Source of the DNA: an uncultured Gammaproteobacteria bacterium
GTDB lineage: Bacteria; Pseudomonadota; Gammaproteobacteria; GCA-002705445; GCA-002716945
Reading direction: 5' to 3'
Assembly (NCBI GenBank): GCA_902605525.1
Contig: CACLCV010000005.1
Span: 1-48,648, forward strand
Length of the DNA: 48,648 bases
Shown here: in pieces, positions 42,159 through 48,648 of the stretch
How the letters are laid out: each line of letters starts with the position of its first letter
Position numbering within the stretch: the stretch's first letter is position 1
Notes under the pieces: generated by a model
The model's input: the letters and a program-made list of their open reading frames with translations, nothing else
What the model was told of the DNA's origin: nothing
Database searches by the model: none
Position numbers and translations under genes: made by a program

Positions 42159-42828
42159 TGCTAAAAAAATTATTGTTGCTTTAGATTATAATGATATTGA
42201 AGAAGTATTAAAATTTATTGTTAATATAGATCCAAGACTTTGTAGGCTCAAAATTGGGAAAGAACTTTTTACAAAGTATGGTCCTAAAACTATACTGGAA
42301 CTCCATGATAAGGGTTTTGAAGTCTTTCTAGATTTAAAATTTCATGATATCCCAACTACAGTTTATAAAGCTTGCATATCTGCTCTTTCACTAAATGTTT
42401 GGATGTTAAACATCCATTTGTCTGGTGGTTGTGATATGGCTATTGCAGCGATGAATGCAAAAAAGGACTGTCAATCTGATTCAAAAGTGATAGGAGTTAC
42501 TGCATTAACTAGCTTAACTGATGATGATTGTATAAGAATTTATGGTTGCAAAAGATCTGAGCAATTAAAAAGATTAAAAAATATCGGCCTAGATGCAAAT
42601 GTAGATGGCTTTGTCTGTTCACCATATGATATTAATATTCTTAGAACAGATAATAAAGTATTTGTAACGCCTGGCATAAGGACTGGTGGTAATATCAACG
42701 ATCATCACAAAGTTATTACTCCACAAGAAGCACTAAAACTAGGCTCCAATTATTTAGTTATAGGAAGAAGTATCACAGAGAGTTCAAATCCAAATAAAGA
42801 GTTAGAGAAAATCATTGAATCTTTATAA
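42151..42828 (+). CDS. pyrF: Orotidine-5'-phosphate decarboxylase
   Basis: IVALD, KIGKELF, FLDLKFHDIPTT, TPGIR, VIGRSI. Confidence 0.98.
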   Translation: MIDAKKIIVALDYNDIEEVLKFIVNIDPRLCRLKIGKELFTKYGPKTILELHDKGFEVFLDLKFHDIPTTVYKACISALSLNVWMLNIHLSGGCDMAIAAMNAKKDCQSDSKVIGVTALTSLTDDDCIRIYGCKRSEQLKRLKNIGLDANVDGFVCSPYDINILRTDNKVFVTPGIRTGGNINDHHKVITPQEALKLGSNYLVIGRSITESSNPNKELEKIIESL

Positions 42829-43815
42829 ATCTGAATAAAGCACCTTATACTCACCTTCACTATCAAACTTAGCACCATAATTTTGAATAATTTTGCCAGA
42901 ACATTTATTTGCAAACTTTATAGATTCAGTGATACTTTTATTTTTAGCTTTTGATAAAAGATACGCAGCTAAGAACATATCGCCTGCGCCTGTTAGATCA
43001 ACCGGTATAACTTCATCACAAGATACATGTGTAAGAGTATTATTATGATGCACATATGCACCATTACTGCCCGAAGTAATTATTATTTCATTAGAGAATT
43101 TATTAAGAAACTTTGCTGCAGCATCGATATTATCTGATGAAGAGATATTATATGCTTCTTGTTTATTACAAAATATAATATCAAATTTTTTATTAATTAA
43201 TTCCATCATATTATCTTTGAAAAAATTTACTACATTTGGATCTGATAAGGTAATAATTTTTTTAATATTATTTTCATTCGCTATATCGAGACAATATTTT
43301 GCAACATTATTAGTTTCATCTGAGGTAACCAAATAACCTTCGATTAACAGATATTCTGACTTTATAATTGCTTCTTTTGAGATATCCTCTATAGATAAAT
43401 TAGATGAAACACCAAGGTAGGTATACATTGTTCTCTCATGATCAGGTGTTATAAGCACTATACACTCTCCAGTGATTCCATTATCCACTTGTTTAATAGC
43501 AGATTGCATACCAACAAATTTAAGTGATTCTTCAAATGTTGCACCTATATTATCTTTTGAGACTCTTCCAGTGAAAGTAACATTTTGCCCAAATTGAGCA
43601 AGCGCATATAATGAATTTGCAACTGATCCTCCTGGCATCATTTTTACAATCCCATATTTTTTTTTGAGCTCGTTGCTTAATTTACTATGATTATCAATAT
43701 CATTAAGTTCCATACAGCCTTTTTCCAAATTAAGTTTTAAAAGCTCCTCATCAGTAATTTTATATTCACTATCCACAAGTGCGTTTCCAATACCATATAT
43801 AAATGTTTTATTCAT
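42823..43815 (-). CDS. PfkB-family kinase (adenosine-kinase-like)
   Basis: GIGNALVD, GGSVAN, ERTM..LG, EGY, DLTGAGDMF. Confidence 0.9.
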   Translation of the reverse strand: MNKTFIYGIGNALVDSEYKITDEELLKLNLEKGCMELNDIDNHSKLSNELKKKYGIVKMMPGGSVANSLYALAQFGQNVTFTGRVSKDNIGATFEESLKFVGMQSAIKQVDNGITGECIVLITPDHERTMYTYLGVSSNLSIEDISKEAIIKSEYLLIEGYLVTSDETNNVAKYCLDIANENNIKKIITLSDPNVVNFFKDNMMELINKKFDIIFCNKQEAYNISSSDNIDAAAKFLNKFSNEIIITSGSNGAYVHHNNTLTHVSCDEVIPVDLTGAGDMFLAAYLLSKAKNKSITESIKFANKCSGKIIQNYGAKFDSEGEYKVLYSDL

Positions 43816-43830
43816 TTTAATCCTCTTAAT

Positions 43831-44862
43831 TTATGTTAAATATTCTAGTGTCTGCATTTCATTAAGTCTGCTATTACATCTTCGCCAAAGTTCTATAAGT
43901 TTGTCACCCGAATAAAGATTGTTACATGAGCAGTCGTTAAAAAAAAATTTAATCTTTATTTTATTTCTATAGCAAATATCTATAAACGATATAAACCTTC
44001 TGATAATATCGGCTGAATCATCATTACAGATTATAAAATCATTTATAAAGATCCATTCTATATTTTCTGACATCTCAATATATTCTTTATCCCCACCAGG
44101 TTCTTTGAAGAAGTCTAAAAAAGAAATCCATAAAAAGTCACACGATCTTGCTTTACAACTAAAATTTCTAGAATTGACACAATACTCTTTATTAAAAGTT
44201 AAATTTTCAAAATTATTTTTTAGAAACTTTACAATATCTTTATCGTTATAATTTTGATTTGCATTATCATTATTCATATTAACAATATTTCTCGATCTAT
44301 AATCTACCAAACCTTCTATTTGATATAGATTAATTGATTCTTGCATAATCTTCATCTCATTAATAAATACTTCTCTCTGTAGACCATTTTTATATAATTT
44401 TTCTGGATGTTCGTTAGAAGTTAAATACAGAGTAACATTTAATTTAATGAGTTGATTTAGTAGACTTCCAATAATCATCGCATCTGATATATCCTCAACT
44501 TGAAATTCATCAATTAATATAACCTTACATTTTTTACTTAAAGATCTAGCTACAATATTCAAAGGATTTTTTTTACCTGACAAGCCAGCTAATTCATCAT
44601 GTATAATCTGCATGAGCTCCATGTAATGGAATGATGCTTTTCTTTCTGTTAATAAATTAATGAAGGTTTTTGTAATTAAAGTTTTACCAGTTCCAACGTT
44701 TCCCCATATATAGAAACCTTTCTTAGAATCTTTATTCTCTAATTTATTTGCTAAATCTTTATCAGGTTGAATAGATTCAATCAATTTATGAATCAAATCT
44801 GATTGTGATGAATCTAATTCAATTCCTCTTTTTTTTAAACTCTTTTCAATATACTCAAACAT
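43831..44862 (-). CDS. zapE: AFG1/ZapE family ATPase
   Basis: GFYIWGNVGTGKT (Walker A), DEFQVEDISDAM, TSN.P..LY.NGLQR, DYR, RRFI..ID..Y, SRLNEMQ. Confidence 0.92.
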   Translation of the reverse strand: MFEYIEKSLKKRGIELDSSQSDLIHKLIESIQPDKDLANKLENKDSKKGFYIWGNVGTGKTLITKTFINLLTERKASFHYMELMQIIHDELAGLSGKKNPLNIVARSLSKKCKVILIDEFQVEDISDAMIIGSLLNQLIKLNVTLYLTSNEHPEKLYKNGLQREVFINEMKIMQESINLYQIEGLVDYRSRNIVNMNNDNANQNYNDKDIVKFLKNNFENLTFNKEYCVNSRNFSCKARSCDFLWISFLDFFKEPGGDKEYIEMSENIEWIFINDFIICNDDSADIIRRFISFIDICYRNKIKIKFFFNDCSCNNLYSGDKLIELWRRCNSRLNEMQTLEYLT

Positions 44863-44870
44863 TTTCTAAA

Positions 44871-44922
44871 TACCACTGATCGGACTCGAACCGATACTTT
44901 CTTGCGAAAAAGGGATTTTGAG
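44871..44922 (-). mobile_element. Orphan 3' half of tRNA-Leu(CAA), putative att junction of an integrated element
   Basis: Minus strand reads CT-CAA-AA TCCCT, long variable arm TTTTCGCAAGAAA, ATCGG TTCGAGT CCGAT CAGTGGT A. There is no 5' anticodon stem (AGGGA), D arm or 5' acceptor strand upstream. Confidence 0.85.
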
Positions 44923-44954
44923 AACTTCGAGTTCACCAACCCCACAATTTAATA

Positions 44955-44963
44955 ATTTTAGCA
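44955..44963 (-). promoter_or_regulatory. Putative outward-facing extended -10 promoter toward the tRNA half and zapE
   Basis: TG-C-TAAAAT on the minus strand, the same 9-mer as upstream of gyrA. Confidence 0.35.
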
Positions 44964-44998
44964 TATTAGAGAAAGGAATAATGTTACAATTAAGCAGA

Positions 44999-45017
44999 TG
45001 TTATACTAGTGAGTATA
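44999..45017 (+). promoter_or_regulatory. Putative extended -10 promoter of the RM gene overlapped by a palindrome
   Basis: TG-T-TATACT at 44999-45007; inverted repeat TATACT-agtg-AGTATA at 45002-45017. Confidence 0.4.
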
Positions 45018-45048
45018 GTAGAGCACTTTAACATCGATGAGATAAGAA

Positions 45049-48000
45049 TTGACAAGTTTTCAAAATACAGTTTCTATTATCAGAAAAAAGTCAAAAAGTG
45101 ACTCTGCTCTAGGTAGTGCATTTGAGCAACTATCAAAAGTATATCTTCAAAATGATGCGACGCAAATCCAACAATACTCTAAAGTATGGACTTATACTGA
45201 ATGGGCAAAAGACCGAGAAGGTTATTCAAATAAAGATATTGGGATTGACTTAGTTGCAAAATTACGTGATCAAAACAGTTATTGTGCAATTCAATGTAAA
45301 TGTTATCAATCAAATCATTCAATATCTAAAAGTGACTTAGATTCGTTTATCTCCGCAGCATCAACATCAGACTTTTCCAGGTTAATGTTAATCGACACAT
45401 CTACAGAATCTATAGGCAGAAATGCACAAGTTGTCTTAGATAATCTGAACAAAGAGTATATTCGTATACAGTCATCTGAACTTGAGGAAAGTCGTATTGA
45501 TTGGATGACTTACATTAATGATGGTGATGTAAAATTACAACCCAAAAAAATAATTAGAGATCATCAAATTAAAGCATTGAGAGCAGTTAAAGAGGGGTTA
45601 TCAAAGGAAGATCGTGGAAAAATGATAATGGCATGTGGTACTGGCAAGACATTTACAAGTTTGCGTATTGCTGAAGAAATCGCAGGTGCAGGGAAAACAG
45701 TTTTGTATATGGTTCCATCTCTTTCGCTTATGTCTCAAACAGTTCGGGAATGGAAAAATGATGCAGATAATGATTTTACTGCTTTTTCTGCTTGTTCAGA
45801 TAAAAAAGTTGGAAAGAGAAAATCAAATGATGATCATATTGAAGTAAATCTAAATGATTTAGCATTTCCTGCAACAACTGACCCGAGAAATTTATCAGAA
45901 CAAATCAAATCTTCAGACAAGTCAAAAATGACAGTTGTATTTTCAACTTATCATTCTATTCATGTAATCTCCGACTCACAACATAAATATGACCTTCCTG
46001 AATTTGATCTTATTATTTGTGATGAAGCACACCGAACAACAGGTGCTACCCTTATTGATGATGATGAATCTAATTTTGTCAAGATACATAATAATGAAAA
46101 TGTCAAAGGTAAAAAGCGTCTCTACATGACTGCTACCCCAAAAATATTTGGTGAAACTGCAAAAAAAAGAGCAGATGAAGGTGAAGTCACGCTTGCATCA
46201 ATGGATGATGAAGAAACGTTTGGCAAAACTCTTTTCTACCGCGGTTTTGGATGGGCAGTAGAGAATAATCTTTTAACGGATTATAAAGTAATTGTTCTAA
46301 CAATGAATGAAAAAATTGTCTCAGATCGCATTCAGCGTAGTTTTACAGATGGATCAGAATTAAAACTTGATGATGCAACAAAAATGATTGGGTGTTACAA
46401 GGCGCTCGCTAAAATTGGTATTAAAGATTCTAATTCTGAAGAAATTATTAAAGACAGTAAACCAATGAAGAAAGCATTAGCATTCTGTCAAAATATTAAA
46501 ATATCACAAATTTTTTCTTCAGAATTCTCAAACGTCGTTAATGATTATCTTTCTCATGAAAATTCTTCTAAGCAAGAAAATTTAAATTTAAAAGTAGAGG
46601 TATCCCATATCGATGGTACATTCAATTCCGAGCAAAGGAGTGAGAAACTAAATTGGTTGAAAGATGAAACTGAGGAAAATACATGTAGAGTTGTTTCTAA
46701 TGTAAAATGTCTTTCCGAGGGTGTAGATGTACCTAGTCTAGATGCAATTATGTTTTTACATCCACGAAAAAGTCAGATAGAAGTTGTTCAGTCTGTGGGC
46801 AGAGTCATGCGGAAGGCAAGAGATAAAAAATTAGGTTATGTAATTTTACCTGTTACAGTTGCACCTGGAGTTTCTGCAGAAAAAGCACTTAATGATAATG
46901 AAAATTATGAGGTTGTTTGGCAAATTCTTAATGCACTTCGCTCTCATGATGAACGATTTGATAGCACTATTAATAAGATTGGTTTAGGTGAAGATGTCTC
47001 AAATCGTATTGAGATAGTTGATGGTGTTTCAGCAGAAGAACTTGAGGCAACTACAGCAGTCGTCGAAGATATCAAATCAAAACCAAAGAGGGACGAAGAT
47101 GTAGGTGAAGATAATAATACAGACATTAATATAATAAATGATGATGAAACTGAAAATACAAATATTAATGAGAATGAGCAATTATCATTTACTATCACAG
47201 ATCTTTCATCAGCAATAAAAGCAAAAATAGTTGAAAAGTGTGGGACTAGAGACTATTGGGAAAAATGGGCAAATGATATTGCAAAGATAGCACAAAATCA
47301 TATCACTCGAATTAACTCTATCGTACTTAATTCTGGTACGCCAGAACGCGACTCTTTCATGAAATTCTTGAATGAAATTAGAGATGATCTTAATCCTGAA
47401 ATTACTGAAACAGATGCTATTGAGATGCTTGCACAACATATTATCACTAGACCTGTTTTTGATGCTTTGTTCAAGGATAACAAATTTACTTCTCAGAATG
47501 CTGTATCTAAAGCGATGGACGGCATATTGTCTCATATATACAAAAAAAATATTGATAGTGAATCAAAATCGCTTGAGAAATTTTATTTAAGCGTTAAAAG
47601 ACGTGCTGCAGATATTGAAAGTTCACATGCAAGACAATCTCTCGTTCTAGAACTCTATGATAGATTTTTCAGAAATGCGTTCCCTATTACCACATCGAAG
47701 TTAGGAATTGTCTATACACCCATTCAGGTTGTTGATTTTATAGTCCACTCTGTAAATGACATTTTGAGAACAGATTTTAATATTTCTCTTAAAGACAAAG
47801 ACGTTCATATAATTGATCCATTCACTGGAACCGGAACATTTATAACAAGGTTATTGCAAACTGGCATAATGTCAAAGAAAGATATTAAACGTAAATTCAA
47901 CAGTGAAATTCATGCTAATGAGATCGTTTTATTAGCATATTATATTGCAAGTATAAATATAGAGTCAGTCTACCAAGAAATTATTAATCCTGAAAAATAT

Positions 48001-48648
48001 ACACCGTTCAATGGAATTGTATTAACTGATTCGTTTCAACTACATGAACAAGAAAAAGATCTAGTTGCAGAAATATTGCCTGATAATTCAAACAGAAGGA
48101 CTAAACAAAAAGAAATAGAAAAGATTAAAGTAATAATTGCTAATCCGCCATATTCATCAGGTCAGAAGTCGCAGAATGATGATGCAGCAAATATAAAATA
48201 TTCACATCTCGACAAGTCAATTTTAAATTCATACAGTAAAGAGTCTAAAGCAACAAGGAAATCTTCGAATTATGATAGTTTTGTAAGGGCGTTTAAATGG
48301 GCATCTCATAGAATTGGTGATGAAGGTGTTATTGGATATGTAACTAATGGCAGTTGGTTAGAATCTAATTCCGGTGATGGCATGCGTAAGGTTTTAAAGG
48401 ATGAATTTACTAAAATTTATATAGTTAACTTAAGAGGAAATGCGAGGACACAAGGTGAATTGCGTAGAAAAGAGGGAGGAACATTATTTGGGTCCGGTAG
48501 TCGTGCTCCAATAGCAATTACAATACTTGTTAAAAATAAAAAGTCTAAAAAGAATGGAGAAATATTTTATTATGATATTGGAGACTATTTAAGTAGAGAT
48601 GAAAAACTTAGCAGTATTTCCAATTTTAAATCTATCACGGGAATTTTG
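45049..48648 (+). CDS. Type ISP restriction-modification enzyme (LlaGI/LlaBIII-like), 3'-truncated by the window edge
   Basis: Hand-read frame from TTG at 45049 (in-frame TAA at 45043) to the window end, 1200 codons; I spot-checked it and the motifs stay in frame. Mrr-like nuclease DIGIDLV...AIQCK; SF2 helicase MACGTGKT, DEAH, MTATP, SEGVDVP, QSVGRVMR; N6-adenine MTase GIVYTP, DPFTGTG, NPPY. Confidence 0.93.
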   Translation, partial: MTSFQNTVSIIRKKSKSDSALGSAFEQLSKVYLQNDATQIQQYSKVWTYTEWAKDREGYSNKDIGIDLVAKLRDQNSYCAIQCKCYQSNHSISKSDLDSFISAASTSDFSRLMLIDTSTESIGRNAQVVLDNLNKEYIRIQSSELEESRIDWMTYINDGDVKLQPKKIIRDHQIKALRAVKEGLSKEDRGKMIMACGTGKTFTSLRIAEEIAGAGKTVLYMVPSLSLMSQTVREWKNDADNDFTAFSACSDKKVGKRKSNDDHIEVNLNDLAFPATTDPRNLSEQIKSSDKSKMTVVFSTYHSIHVISDSQHKYDLPEFDLIICDEAHRTTGATLIDDDESNFVKIHNNENVKGKKRLYMTATPKIFGETAKKRADEGEVTLASMDDEETFGKTLFYRGFGWAVENNLLTDYKVIVLTMNEKIVSDRIQRSFTDGSELKLDDATKMIGCYKALAKIGIKDSNSEEIIKDSKPMKKALAFCQNIKISQIFSSEFSNVVNDYLSHENSSKQENLNLKVEVSHIDGTFNSEQRSEKLNWLKDETEENTCRVVSNVKCLSEGVDVPSLDAIMFLHPRKSQIEVVQSVGRVMRKARDKKLGYVILPVTVAPGVSAEKALNDNENYEVVWQILNALRSHDERFDSTINKIGLGEDVSNRIEIVDGVSAEELEATTAVVEDIKSKPKRDEDVGEDNNTDINIINDDETENTNINENEQLSFTITDLSSAIKAKIVEKCGTRDYWEKWANDIAKIAQNHITRINSIVLNSGTPERDSFMKFLNEIRDDLNPEITETDAIEMLAQHIITRPVFDALFKDNKFTSQNAVSKAMDGILSHIYKKNIDSESKSLEKFYLSVKRRAADIESSHARQSLVLELYDRFFRNAFPITTSKLGIVYTPIQVVDFIVHSVNDILRTDFNISLKDKDVHIIDPFTGTGTFITRLLQTGIMSKKDIKRKFNSEIHANEIVLLAYYIASINIESVYQEIINPEKYTPFNGIVLTDSFQLHEQEKDLVAEILPDNSNRRTKQKEIEKIKVIIANPPYSSGQKSQNDDAANIKYSHLDKSILNSYSKESKATRKSSNYDSFVRAFKWASHRIGDEGVIGYVTNGSWLESNSGDGMRKVLKDEFTKIYIVNLRGNARTQGELRRKEGGTLFGSGSRAPIAITILVKNKKSKKNGEIFYYDIGDYLSRDEKLSSISNFKSITGIL

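Noticed and set aside
44926-44947. Plus-strand TTCGAGTTCACCAACCCCACAA resembling a second tRNA T-loop/3' end
   Set aside because: Needs an indel and mismatches to fit a tRNA; no 5' T-stem; no source tRNA identifiable.
44871-44950. Possible intact tRNA-Leu
   Set aside because: The upstream sequence cannot pair with the acceptor strand CAGTGGT or the anticodon stem TCCCT; reported as a half-tRNA att site instead.
3639-47590. Many short antisense or alternate-frame ORFs in the track (e.g. 4604-4876, 14783-15100, 16458-16835, 30291-30590, 45635-45847, 47209-47535)
   Set aside because: They lie inside well-supported genes and show no motifs; shadow ORFs.
1-48648. CRISPR arrays, rRNA, IS elements, integrase, prophage structural genes, trp/leu attenuators
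   Set aside because: None seen by eye; there is no intergenic room for leader peptides before leuC or trpF.

Overview
Very AT-rich, tightly packed chromosome segment. Gene order (aroC-leuCDB-asd-fimV-truA-trpFBA-accD-folC-SPOR-cvpA-purF; gyrA-pheA-hisC-tyrA-aroA-cmk-rpsA-ihfB-lapAB-pyrF) plus two photolyase-family genes suggests a streamlined, probably surface-ocean gamma/beta-proteobacterium (inference). Most of the window is core housekeeping. Two accessory zones stand out. (1) About 6.0-12.7 kb, between efp and tRNA-Arg(CCT): an inverted-domain (NewPHL-like) photolyase, a full-length photolyase/cryptochrome, a MazG-like pyrophosphatase, an iota-carbonic-anhydrase-like (COG4337) protein, a PQQ sugar dehydrogenase, a roughly 6-strand mini outer-membrane protein and several unannotated small membrane proteins. 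A degenerate copy of the tRNA 3' end bounds a ~2 kb sub-islet. (2) From 44.87 kb: the orphan 3' half of tRNA-Leu(CAA), broken at the anticodon loop (an att site), followed by a Type ISP restriction-modification gene that runs off the window. Other points: an intact but apparently catalytically dead amidohydrolase coupled to ubiG, a LysM-less mini-FimV, -10 boxes 6-8 nt before several start codons (possible leaderless mRNAs), and no serC, mtnA or epmA/B at their usual positions. I read five genes by hand that the ORF track missed: partial sbcB, the Type ISP gene and three ORFs under 60 aa. All assignments are by motif recognition and synteny; no searches were run.
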